A stretch of DNA of 64,000 bases from an uncultured Bacteroidales bacterium (GTDB lineage Bacteria; Bacteroidota; Bacteroidia; Bacteroidales; UBA1402): positions 1,686,808 to 1,750,807 of the forward strand of contig OW818699.1 in assembly GCA_942493385.1 (NCBI GenBank), in the 5' to 3' direction. The position numbers and the translations under genes were made by a program. Position 1 is the first letter of the stretch, and every line of letters begins with the position of its first letter. The notes under the pieces are model-generated. The model searched no databases. It had not been told where the DNA came from and saw nothing but the letters and a program-made list of their open reading frames with translations. Below, piece after piece: positions 32,348 through 42,111 of this stretch.

Positions 32348-34039
32348 ATGAAAAACATTAAGAATCTTTTAGCATCAATCTGCTTGTTAGGTGCCGCCTC
32401 GTTTGCATATGCACAGTATCCAACCATACCCAAAGAGGTTCAGGCTGTATCCGATTCCATGATGGCCGGTTTCCGCCAAGCATCCGATTCTGCATGGGCC
32501 GTTGCATTACCCATCATTGAGAAGGAAGCCCTGGAGGGTCGTCCTTATATTCCGTGGGCCAACCGCCCCTACGATTTGCCCCAGGCTGAAATTCCTTCCT
32601 TCCCAGGTGCCGAAGGCGGGGGTTCATTCTCCTACGGTGGCCGGGGTGGCAAAGTTTTGGTTGTAACCAATCTGAACGACGCTGGGCCAGGATCCTTGCG
32701 TTGGGCTTGCGAACAAGGTGGTGCCCGCATCGTCGTGTTCAACGTTTCTGGTACCATTCATTTGAAGACACCGATATCCGTTCGTGCACCTTATATTACT
32801 ATTGCAGGACAAACTGCTCCTGGTGACGGTATTTGTGTGGCAAGCGAAAGCTTCTGGGTTGACACGCACGACGTGGTGGTTCGCCACATGCGTTTCCGCC
32901 GCGGTATCACCACCGTAGGTCGTCGCGACGACAGTTTTGGTGGCAATCCGGTGGGTAACATCATGTTGGACCACATTTCCGCCACTTGGGGATGCGACGA
33001 AAATATTTCCTTCTACCGCCACATGTTCAACGATGGCAACGGTGGCATCGACAAAAAGTTGGCCACCGTCAACGTAACCATCCAGAATTCCATTTCGGCA
33101 GAATGCTTGGATACTTGGAACCATTCGTTCGGCAGTACCCTGGGTGGGGAAAATACGACCTTCCTTCGCAACTTATATGCTTGTAATGCCGGCCGAAACC
33201 CATCTGTGGGCTGGAATGGTGTTTTTAATTTCACCAACAATGTCGTGTTCAATTGGGTACATCGCAGCATGGACGGTGGCGACTATACCGCCATGTTCAA
33301 CCTCATCAACAACTATTACAAGCCAGGGCCTCTAACCCCTAAGCAAGGACCCTTGTCACACCGTTTGGTCAAACCCGAATCCGGACGCAGCAATGTGAAG
33401 AAGAAAACTTACGGTCGCGTTTATGCCAATGGAAACATCATGGAAGGAAATGCTGCAGTAACCAAAGACAATTGGGACGGTGGTGTGCAAGTGGAAGATG
33501 AAGAAAATGCCGGCGAATACACCCAATCCATGAAAGTGACCAGACCTTTCCCCATGCCAGCTGTAACTATTATGCCTGCTCAAAAGGCCTTTGGTTTTGT
33601 GATGGACAATTGCGGTGCAACCTATCCCAGAAGAGACGTAGTGGACACCCGAATCGTGAAAAATACACGCACTGGTGTCATTCAGGTGAAGGAAAACGTC
33701 AATTTGGACGAAATTCCAAAGTTTAAATACCGTCGTTTGCCGGTGGATTCGTACAAGCAAGGCATCATCACGGACATCAGCCAAGTTGGTGGTTGGCCGG
33801 AACTGAAAGGTACGCCCCGCAGCGACCGCGACAAGGATGGCATGCCGGACAGCTGGGAAACCAAATACGGTCTGAATCCTGACAATGCGGCCGATGCCAT
33901 TGCCGACTGCAACGGGGACGGTTACACCAACATCGAAAAGTACATCAATGGGATGAATCCGAAAAAGAAAATTGACTGGACCAATGCGAAGAATAATTTC
34001 GACACGTTGGCAAAGAAAAAAGGAGACCTTTCTGAATGA
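32348..34039 (+). CDS. Pectate lyase, PL1-like, with C-terminal Ca-binding (thrombospondin-3/dockerin-like) repeats
   Basis: Signal peptide. Contains AEGGGSFSYGGRGGKVLVVTNLNDAGPGSLRWA...ITIAGQTAPGDGI and the repeat DKDGMPDSWETKYGLNP...DCNGDGYTNIEKY. No T9SS sorting domain. Confidence 0.7.
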   Translation: MKNIKNLLASICLLGAASFAYAQYPTIPKEVQAVSDSMMAGFRQASDSAWAVALPIIEKEALEGRPYIPWANRPYDLPQAEIPSFPGAEGGGSFSYGGRGGKVLVVTNLNDAGPGSLRWACEQGGARIVVFNVSGTIHLKTPISVRAPYITIAGQTAPGDGICVASESFWVDTHDVVVRHMRFRRGITTVGRRDDSFGGNPVGNIMLDHISATWGCDENISFYRHMFNDGNGGIDKKLATVNVTIQNSISAECLDTWNHSFGSTLGGENTTFLRNLYACNAGRNPSVGWNGVFNFTNNVVFNWVHRSMDGGDYTAMFNLINNYYKPGPLTPKQGPLSHRLVKPESGRSNVKKKTYGRVYANGNIMEGNAAVTKDNWDGGVQVEDEENAGEYTQSMKVTRPFPMPAVTIMPAQKAFGFVMDNCGATYPRRDVVDTRIVKNTRTGVIQVKENVNLDEIPKFKYRRLPVDSYKQGIITDISQVGGWPELKGTPRSDRDKDGMPDSWETKYGLNPDNAADAIADCNGDGYTNIEKYINGMNPKKKIDWTNAKNNFDTLAKKKGDLSE

Positions 34040-34692
34040 AAAAGTTTATTCTTTTATATGTGTTGACCCTGATGCTGTTGCCGGCTTTTGCCCAGCAACA
34101 GCAATCGGCGGATGCCTACCTTAAAGTATTGACTGGTCGTTCTGAGAAAATCGTACAGACACTGGGCATCACGGACTCAACCCAATTTAAAAGGGTGGTC
34201 CATGCTTTGGTCAATCAGTACGCCACGGTGGGCAGAATTCAGGATGTAGCCGATTCTACCGTCAAGGCTTTGAGAACCGAGGGTTTGGATAAGGAAGCAC
34301 TGGCAGTTCAGATCAAAGCCTTCCAGAATGAACGGGATGCGCAATTGTACGCCCAGCATGCAGTCTTTTTTGCCCAATTGTCGGCTGAACTCAATCCGGA
34401 ACAGATTGAAGCTGTAAAAAACGGTCTGACTTATAATGTGCTGAACGTCACCTACAAGGCCACTTTGGAAATGATTCCCAGCCTTAAGGACGATGAAAAG
34501 CTGCAAATCCGGATTTGGTTGCTGGAAGCCCGCGAACGCGCCATCGACGCCTCCTCGTCCGACTCGAAACACGGTTGGTTCGGCAAATACAAAGGCCGCA
34601 TCAACAATTACCTGGCTGCCCGTGGTTACAATTTGACCAAAGAACGGGAAGCTTGGACTGAACGCATCAAACAACAAAAAACCAATCCATGA
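34036..34692 (+). CDS. DUF3826-like secreted protein
   Basis: 218 aa, helical, with a signal peptide. It has the genomic context typical of pectin PULs. The family name is from memory. Confidence 0.4.
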   Translation: MKKFILLYVLTLMLLPAFAQQQQSADAYLKVLTGRSEKIVQTLGITDSTQFKRVVHALVNQYATVGRIQDVADSTVKALRTEGLDKEALAVQIKAFQNERDAQLYAQHAVFFAQLSAELNPEQIEAVKNGLTYNVLNVTYKATLEMIPSLKDDEKLQIRIWLLEARERAIDASSSDSKHGWFGKYKGRINNYLAARGYNLTKEREAWTERIKQQKTNP

Positions 34693-37600
34693 GTACTTTT
34701 CGGGGTTTGATTTTCCTTTTGCTGACAACGCTGGCTGTTTCTGCTCAGAAACCGGCGATTCCAGTGCTGCCGATAAGTCTTGGTCAAGACGGCAAGCTGG
34801 CTTATGTAGTTGACGAGAAAGGCAATCGGATACCCGATTTTTCCTTCTGTGGATTTGAAAAGTCTGAGAAACCCATCCCGTTCATACCAGTTCGGGTGGT
34901 GGTTTCTCCCATTCAAGGGGATGCGACCAGTCGTATTCAGACAGCTTTGGATTATGTGGCAGGTCTGCCTGCTGATGCTCAAGGCATTCGTGGAGCTGTT
35001 TTGTTGCAGAAAGGACGTTATGAAGTAGCCGGAAGCCTCAAAATTGCTGCCTCTGGTGTGGTTTTGCGCGGTTCTGGCATGGTCGAGGGCGGAACACTGC
35101 TCTTTGCCTCAGGCGACGATCGCGAAACGCTGATCCGCTTGGTCGGTGGCAAGCCAACAATTGGAGCGGGGATGCCCGTTACTAATTCGTATCTGCCCGT
35201 CAATGCGATGAAGCTCACCGTAGCTTCAACCAATTTTAAAACAGGCGATCGCATTCGAATTCGCCGTCCGTCCACTAGGGAATGGATCAGAGCCACCGGA
35301 ACCGAAAGTTTCGGAGGTGCCGAATCCGCCATCGGATGGAAGCCAGGCAATCAGGACATTTTCTGGGATCGTACCGTCAAGGTGGTTTCAGGCAACGAAC
35401 TCCAACTGGACGCGCCGCTCACCACCGATATGGATCCCATTTATGCCGTGGATACCGTCTATGCCGTTTCCTGGCCGGGTCGAATGCATCATTCAGGCAT
35501 TGAAAACCTGCAATTGGAATCCGCTTGGGATTCCAACAACCCGAAAGACGAGAACCACCGTTGGATGGCCATCGTGCTTGAAAACATTGAAAACAGCTGG
35601 GTGCGTCGCGTGGCATTCCGTCATTTTGCCGGTTCAGCCGTTTATGCGCTTGAAACTGCAGCTCAAATTACGGTGGAAGATTGCAAATCGTTTGAACCCA
35701 TCTCCGAAATTGGGGGCTACCGCCGGAACACGTTCCTCAACGACGGACAACTCAATTTGTTCCAGCGCTGCTGGGCCGAACAAGGCTTTCACGATTTCGC
35801 CCTCGGGCAATGTGCTGCCGGTCCGAATGCGTTTGTGCAGTGTTTTTCTTCTTTGCCGTACAGTTTCAGTGGAACGCTTGGTTCCTGGGCATCCGGCGTC
35901 TTGTTCGACAACGTCCGTGTGGACGGCAATGCGCTGAATCTTTCCAACCGCCGTCAAGATGGCCAAGGGGCAGGCTGGTCGGCAGCAAACTCCATGATTT
36001 GGCAATGCAAGGCTGCCGTGATCGATTGCCCCAAGCCGCCGATGGCGCAGAATTGGGCCTTCGGAAACTGGTGCCAGTTCCAAGGCGACGGATTTTGGAC
36101 CGCTTCCAGTGAAAGTGTTTCGCCACAAAGCCTTTATTACGGACAATTGACCGATCGCCTCGGTTCGCTGGTGGCTTGGGCAGGTTTGTTGCCAGAAAAA
36201 GGCGAAGCTTCCAGCAGTCCAACCTACGAAGTGGCTGCCGCATTGACTCGGGAAGCCTGGCAACCGGCTTTAACACTTTCCCAGTGGATCGATATCTTGA
36301 TTTTGCTTCAACCCATTTCACTGGATGCAACCGGCTCCAAAAAGCTGGAAGAACTCAAATTGACACCAAATAAGGCGGTTCCTTTTGCCGCACCCATGAC
36401 CGTCACCAACGGATGGCTGGTTCGTGGCAACAGTTTGGTGCTTGGCGCTCGTCGTGGAGTCAGCTGGTGGAACGGCAATTTGAAAAGCAATTTTCTGAAA
36501 TCGGGAGCCAGCCCGCATTTGACACGTTGGGTGCCAGGTCGCACCGGTACCGGATTGACCGACGATCTGCAGGAACTCACAGACAAAATGCTTAAAGATG
36601 GTGTGGTGGCTACCGATTACAATTATGCCCTCTGGTACGAACGCCGCCGCGACGACCACATTCACGAACGCCGCATGGACGGGGATGTTTGGGCACCTTT
36701 CTACGAAGTTCCTTTTGCCAGAAGCGGCCAAGGACGTGCCTACGACGGTTTGAGCAAATACGATTTGACCAAATGGAACACCTGGTACTGGAGACGCCTC
36801 AAAACCTATGCCGATTTGGCCGATCAAAAGGGTTTGGTACTATTCAATCAGAATTTCTTCCAGCACAATATTATTGAAGCAGGTGCGCATTGGGCCGATT
36901 TTCCCTGGAGAACAGCCAACAACATCAACTCGACTGGGTTCCCTGAGCCTGTGAATTTTGCTGGTGACAAACGGATCTTTTTTGCCGAACAATTTTATGA
37001 TTTGTCGAACGCCACCCGTAAAGCCTTGTTCGAACGCTACATACGACAGTGTTTGAACAATTTTATGGACAACAACGGTGTCATCCAATTCATCGGTCAC
37101 GAATACACCGGACCGAAAGCATTCGTGGAATTCTGGCTCGACGTGATTGGCGCTTGGGAACAGGAAACAGGCAAAAACGCCTTAGTTTGTCTGAGCACTA
37201 CCAAAGATGTTCAGGATTCCATACTTGCTGAACCCAAGTACAACAAATTGGTGGAAATCATCGATACCAAATACTGGCGGTACGAAGCCAATGGCAAACT
37301 ATACGCGCCTCCTGGTGGAATGAATTTGGCACCTCGTCAACATTTGCGTTTGAAACAGCGGAAAATTGACCTTGTGAAAGGCAATGCGCCCTCTGTGAAA
37401 GCTTCAGCGGCACTTAGCAACGACGACATCCTATACTGGACCGTTCGTGATTACCGTGATTTGTATCCCGAAAAGGCGGTCATTTATTCTTCCGATGTCG
37501 CTTGGGTCGGTTGGTCCGCATTCATGGGCGGCGGTTCCGTTTGCGGCTTGCCTGCGAATCTTTCCAAAGCCTTTTTAGAATCGGTGGTACATTTAAAACC

Positions 37601-37841
37601 GATGGACAGTCTGGATCCGGAGCGTTTTTGGCTTTTGGGAAATGCTGCTGCAGGTTATGCCTTGTATGTAAAAAAAGGCACGACTGCCGAATTGGATCTG
37701 ACTTCGGCACTTGGTACCTTTAAAGCACAATGGATTGACTCCCGTAGCGGGCAGATCATTGGTAAAGCATTCAAATTAACTGGTGGCAAGCAAATTTCGC
37801 TTCCAGCAACCAGCCAAACAATTTTATGGTTGTCTAAATGA
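34689..37841 (+). CDS. Large right-handed beta-helix (pectate-lyase-3-like N-terminus) protein, probable glycan-active enzyme
   Basis: Signal peptide. The N-terminal GDATSRIQTALDYVAGL...AVLLQKGRYEVAGSLKIAASGVVLRGSG is typical of Pectate_lyase_3/GH28-related folds. The C-terminal ~450 aa are uncharacterised (DUF6298-like by recollection). Confidence 0.4.
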   Translation: MSTFRGLIFLLLTTLAVSAQKPAIPVLPISLGQDGKLAYVVDEKGNRIPDFSFCGFEKSEKPIPFIPVRVVVSPIQGDATSRIQTALDYVAGLPADAQGIRGAVLLQKGRYEVAGSLKIAASGVVLRGSGMVEGGTLLFASGDDRETLIRLVGGKPTIGAGMPVTNSYLPVNAMKLTVASTNFKTGDRIRIRRPSTREWIRATGTESFGGAESAIGWKPGNQDIFWDRTVKVVSGNELQLDAPLTTDMDPIYAVDTVYAVSWPGRMHHSGIENLQLESAWDSNNPKDENHRWMAIVLENIENSWVRRVAFRHFAGSAVYALETAAQITVEDCKSFEPISEIGGYRRNTFLNDGQLNLFQRCWAEQGFHDFALGQCAAGPNAFVQCFSSLPYSFSGTLGSWASGVLFDNVRVDGNALNLSNRRQDGQGAGWSAANSMIWQCKAAVIDCPKPPMAQNWAFGNWCQFQGDGFWTASSESVSPQSLYYGQLTDRLGSLVAWAGLLPEKGEASSSPTYEVAAALTREAWQPALTLSQWIDILILLQPISLDATGSKKLEELKLTPNKAVPFAAPMTVTNGWLVRGNSLVLGARRGVSWWNGNLKSNFLKSGASPHLTRWVPGRTGTGLTDDLQELTDKMLKDGVVATDYNYALWYERRRDDHIHERRMDGDVWAPFYEVPFARSGQGRAYDGLSKYDLTKWNTWYWRRLKTYADLADQKGLVLFNQNFFQHNIIEAGAHWADFPWRTANNINSTGFPEPVNFAGDKRIFFAEQFYDLSNATRKALFERYIRQCLNNFMDNNGVIQFIGHEYTGPKAFVEFWLDVIGAWEQETGKNALVCLSTTKDVQDSILAEPKYNKLVEIIDTKYWRYEANGKLYAPPGGMNLAPRQHLRLKQRKIDLVKGNAPSVKASAALSNDDILYWTVRDYRDLYPEKAVIYSSDVAWVGWSAFMGGGSVCGLPANLSKAFLESVVHLKPMDSLDPERFWLLGNAAAGYALYVKKGTTAELDLTSALGTFKAQWIDSRSGQIIGKAFKLTGGKQISLPATSQTILWLSK

Positions 37842-40564
37842 AGCCCAAAAAGATGAAGCATGTTAAAAAGCTGTCGATAGGAATCCTATTCTTACTGTTC
37901 CCCCTGTTGGTGGGCGCTGCAGCTAAACCCGTCTACTTTTTCACCTCCTTCAACGAACCGGCTACGGACGGCTTGCGCCTGTTGTACAGCTACGACGCCA
38001 GGCATTGGACCGACCTTGGTGCCATCTTTCTAAAACCCCAAGTCGGCAAACAAAAGGTCATGCGCGACCCATCCATCGTTCAGGGCCCAGACGGAACTTT
38101 CCATTTGGTCTGGACATCCAGCTGGGGCGGCGACCTTGGTTTCGGCTATGCCTCGTCCAAAGATCTCTTGACCTGGTCTGAACAAAGGTTCGTACCCGTC
38201 ATGGCGCACGATACCAGTACGGTCAATGTCTGGGCGCCCGAGTTGTTTTACGACGCGGCAACCAAGAAATTCGTCATCGTTTGGTCCTCCACCGTGCCCT
38301 TTAAGTTTGCCAAGGGCGTTGAGGATGAACGGAACAACCACCGACTTTATTACACCACGACCACCGATTTCAAGACGTTTTCCAAGGCCAAACTGTTTTT
38401 TGATCCGGGTTACAGCGTCATCGACGCCACTATTCTCAATCGCGGCAAGAGCGATTACGTCCTGGTTTTTAAGGATAACACCAGGCCTGAACGCGACATC
38501 AAAGTAGCATTCGGCAAAACAGCACTCGGACCCTGGACCAACAGCTCCAAGGCGTTAAGTGACTTCTTCACCGAAGGCCCAACCACCGTCCAAGTGGGAG
38601 CGGAGTGGCTCATTTATTACGACTCCTACCGAAAAAAATGCTACGAGGCGCTTAAAACCAGTGATTTCAAGACTTTCCAAAATGCCACTGCCGAAATCGA
38701 ACTTCCAAAAGGTCACAAACACGGCACCATTTTTAAGGGAGACGAAACCCTGCTGAACAAATTGCAGTTGGCCACTGATCCGTCCAAAATGGTGCATTAC
38801 AGCGGAACCACCCTTTCCAACGTAGATTACCACCACGGCATGCTCACTCCGGCTGTAGGCGTACACAACATCCAAGTGATGCGAGCCTCTCGCGAACATC
38901 CTGAACTGACCGACAATCAAGGTTTTACCTACAACCATGCACCCATGATGGCGTATTGGAACAACACCATATATATAGAGTACCTAAGCAATCCGGTTGG
39001 CGAGCACGTTCCACCCGGTCAAACGCTGCTGTTGAAATCCACCGATTTGGGCAAGACTTGGTCGAAACCCGATCTCCTATTCCCACCCTACAAAGTACCG
39101 GACGGTTTTAAAAAAGAAGGAAACGAAACGGTGGCCAAGAACCTGCTTGGCGTGATGCATCAGCGTGTCGGTTTTTATGTTTCCAAGGCAGACCGTCTGT
39201 TGGCACTGGCGTATTACAGCGTGGCCATGGATGCCAAGGATGATCCGAACGATGGAAACGGTTTCGGTCGGGTAGTTCGTGAAGTCAAAAGAGATGGAAG
39301 TTACGGCCCCATTTATTTCATACGCTATAACCACGGTTTCTCTGAAAAAAATACCAATTACCCTTTCTATGCCAGCAGCAAAGACGTCGGTTTCGTACAA
39401 GCTTGCGAGGAATTCCTGAACAATCCGCTCTACATGATGCAAACCGTGGAGGAAGGCGACCGAAACGACCCGAAGATTCCCTTGCTGAAACCTTTTAAAG
39501 CGTTCTGCTATTATCATTTACCTGACGGAAACGTGGTGGCATTGTGGAAACATGCGCTGACCTCGGTGAGCACCGATGGTGGATTCACTTGGAAAGAACC
39601 GGTGCAGCGTGCCTTTGGTTTCGTGAACAGCAATGCCAAAATTTGGGGGCAACGCACCTCCGACGGCCATTATGCCACCGTCTACAATCCGTCCGAATTC
39701 CGCTGGCCGCTGGCCCTTTCGGTAAGTCAGGACGGTCTGGATTATAAGAACTTACTGCTGGTTCACGGCGAAATATCGCCCATGCGCTACGGCGGCAATT
39801 ACAAATCGTATGGTCCTCAGTACGTCCGAGGAATTCAAGAAGGGGAGGGCAGCCCCCCCGACGGTAAGATGTGGGTGACTTACAGCATGAACAAGGAAGA
39901 CATCTGGGCAGCCTCGATACCCGTGCCCATCCGTTCGGAAGTGACCCAGCACGCGAACGATGTTTTTGACAGCCTGCCCGACAACCACGAGCTGGATTGG
40001 TGGAATACCTGCAGTCCCGCCTGGGCGCCAGTTGCCATCTCGCGCAAAGACAGTGTCAAATGCCTCACCCTGAGCGATAAGGATGCCTTCGATTATGCCA
40101 AGGCTGAACGCGTCATTCCGTCTTCCACCCATTTCAAAGCTGTTTTCACCTTGAACGCCGCTCAAACGGACCAACAACTCGACATGGAGTTACTCAACGC
40201 CCAAGGCCTGCCTTCCATCCGAATTAGCCTGATGCCAGGCGGTACGATTCGTTCCAAAACCGGAGCCCGATTCTCAGGCGCTGGCAACTACGAAGCCAAT
40301 AAGGACTACACCTTCGAAATCCGCGTGAACACCAAAATCCGAACGTTTGAACTCTGGATGAACGGCCAAAAGAAGCTCACCAACATCTTTTACCAACCTG
40401 CAGCCGAAATCAGCCGAATCGCCTTCCGCACGGGAGAACCACGGCTGAACCCGACACCGGAGACCCCTGCCGACAATATGTCCGACCTACCTGAAACCGG
40501 GAAATTGATTCCCGAAGCGAAGTTTTACTTGAAATCGTTCAAAACAGAACCCATCAACGAATGA
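37838..40564 (+). CDS. Multidomain glycoside hydrolase: GH43-like + BNR/sialidase-like propeller + LamG-like domain
   Basis: GH43 motifs MRDPSIVQGPDGTFHLVWT and VWAPELFYD. Asp-boxes STDLGKTW (39038-39061) and STDGGFTW (39569-39592). The C-terminal region is ConA/LamG-like. Confidence 0.6.
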   Translation: MKPKKMKHVKKLSIGILFLLFPLLVGAAAKPVYFFTSFNEPATDGLRLLYSYDARHWTDLGAIFLKPQVGKQKVMRDPSIVQGPDGTFHLVWTSSWGGDLGFGYASSKDLLTWSEQRFVPVMAHDTSTVNVWAPELFYDAATKKFVIVWSSTVPFKFAKGVEDERNNHRLYYTTTTDFKTFSKAKLFFDPGYSVIDATILNRGKSDYVLVFKDNTRPERDIKVAFGKTALGPWTNSSKALSDFFTEGPTTVQVGAEWLIYYDSYRKKCYEALKTSDFKTFQNATAEIELPKGHKHGTIFKGDETLLNKLQLATDPSKMVHYSGTTLSNVDYHHGMLTPAVGVHNIQVMRASREHPELTDNQGFTYNHAPMMAYWNNTIYIEYLSNPVGEHVPPGQTLLLKSTDLGKTWSKPDLLFPPYKVPDGFKKEGNETVAKNLLGVMHQRVGFYVSKADRLLALAYYSVAMDAKDDPNDGNGFGRVVREVKRDGSYGPIYFIRYNHGFSEKNTNYPFYASSKDVGFVQACEEFLNNPLYMMQTVEEGDRNDPKIPLLKPFKAFCYYHLPDGNVVALWKHALTSVSTDGGFTWKEPVQRAFGFVNSNAKIWGQRTSDGHYATVYNPSEFRWPLALSVSQDGLDYKNLLLVHGEISPMRYGGNYKSYGPQYVRGIQEGEGSPPDGKMWVTYSMNKEDIWAASIPVPIRSEVTQHANDVFDSLPDNHELDWWNTCSPAWAPVAISRKDSVKCLTLSDKDAFDYAKAERVIPSSTHFKAVFTLNAAQTDQQLDMELLNAQGLPSIRISLMPGGTIRSKTGARFSGAGNYEANKDYTFEIRVNTKIRTFELWMNGQKKLTNIFYQPAAEISRIAFRTGEPRLNPTPETPADNMSDLPETGKLIPEAKFYLKSFKTEPINE

Positions 40565-42111
40565 AACGAATATTCCTCCTACTGCTCCTGCTGACCAGTC
40601 TCAGTCTCAGTCAAGCTGCGAAAAAACCCGTCAAAACGCCCCCAGATCTTTTGAAAAAGACTGATTTCAAGCATTTTGTGGATTATTTCAACCGCATGGA
40701 GGATGAAAACATCGTTCAGGCGATACCCAACGATTCGGCCTGGAATTGGATGCAGGCCAACATTCCGTTCTTTGACTGTCCGCAAGACAATTTCACAGAA
40801 ATGTACTATTACCGTTGGTGGACCTATCGTAAGCACATCAAGCAAACACCCATCGGAAAAGTGGTCACCGAGTTTCTGGTAAACCGTTCGTACGCTGACA
40901 AATACAACCTAATTGCTTGTGCCATCGGTCACCATCTTTACGAAGGACGCTGGCTCAACAACAACTGTTTCCTGGAAGAAAACCTCAAAGCTTGGTACCG
41001 AGGCAATGAAGGCAAGCCGATGAACAAGCTCCACAAGTTCAGCAGTTGGACAGCGGATGCCGTTTGGAACAAATTCCTAGTGGATGCAGACACCGCATTC
41101 GTATTGGATTTGATGCCCGATTTGGAAACCGATTTTGCTTGGTGGGAAAGCAACCACCGCTTGCCAAACGGTTTGTACTGGCAAGGCGACGTGCAGGACG
41201 GCATGGAAGAATCCTTAAGTGGCGGTCGGAACAAAAAACACGCCAGACCCACCATCAACAGCTACATGTATGGCAATGCCAACGCTTTGTCCAACATGGC
41301 TTTATTAAAAGGTGATGTAACCAAAGCCAAATACTTTGCAGGTAAAGCCTTCGAAATCAAGAACCTGACCGAACGCCTGCTTTGGAACGACGATCAGCGT
41401 TTCTTTGAAACCCGCTGGCCCAACGATACCATTTGCGGCATTCGCGAAGCCATTGGTTTCATCCCCTGGTACTTCAACCTCCCCGACCAAGGCAGTGAGG
41501 ACGCTTGGAAGCAAGTAGCTGACGAGCAAGGTTTCAAAGCCCCTTATGGAATAACCACTGCTGAACGCAGACACCCAGCCTTCCGAACCCATGGGGTGGG
41601 GAAGTGCGAGTGGGACGGTGCCGTCTGGCCGTTCGCCACGTCACAAACCTTGACTGCCATGGCCAACGTATTCAACAACTATTCCTCGATAAGCGCACCC
41701 GATACGCTTTACTTCCAATTGTTGCAAACCTACGTCGAATCCCAGTACCACCGCGGTCGCCCCTACATCGGCGAATACTTGGATGAAACCACCGGTTACT
41801 GGCTCAAAGGCGATCAGGAACGGAGCAGATACTACAACCATTCCACATTCAACGACCTTATCATCAGCGGTTTGCTCGGACTGAGGCCTTCGGCAGGTAA
41901 CGTATTGGAAATCAATCCGATCATTCCTGAGAAACAATGGGATTGGTTCTGTCTGGACGGAGTGAGTTACCACGGTCAAAAAATTTCCGTGCGCTGGGAC
42001 AAAACCGGCCTGAAATACGGTAAAGGAAAAGGTTTCCAAGTTTATGTGAACAAACAGCCAGTAGCGGCTGCCGCGCATATCGGTCGATTACGAATTACAC
42101 TGAAAAAATGA
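40561..42111 (+). CDS. (alpha/alpha)6-barrel glycoside-hydrolase-like protein
   Basis: 516 aa with a signal peptide. Helical-repeat pattern, with WDGAVWPFATSQT resembling GH15/37/63/142-type barrels. The family is not resolved. Confidence 0.4.
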   Translation: MKRIFLLLLLLTSLSLSQAAKKPVKTPPDLLKKTDFKHFVDYFNRMEDENIVQAIPNDSAWNWMQANIPFFDCPQDNFTEMYYYRWWTYRKHIKQTPIGKVVTEFLVNRSYADKYNLIACAIGHHLYEGRWLNNNCFLEENLKAWYRGNEGKPMNKLHKFSSWTADAVWNKFLVDADTAFVLDLMPDLETDFAWWESNHRLPNGLYWQGDVQDGMEESLSGGRNKKHARPTINSYMYGNANALSNMALLKGDVTKAKYFAGKAFEIKNLTERLLWNDDQRFFETRWPNDTICGIREAIGFIPWYFNLPDQGSEDAWKQVADEQGFKAPYGITTAERRHPAFRTHGVGKCEWDGAVWPFATSQTLTAMANVFNNYSSISAPDTLYFQLLQTYVESQYHRGRPYIGEYLDETTGYWLKGDQERSRYYNHSTFNDLIISGLLGLRPSAGNVLEINPIIPEKQWDWFCLDGVSYHGQKISVRWDKTGLKYGKGKGFQVYVNKQPVAAAAHIGRLRITLKK

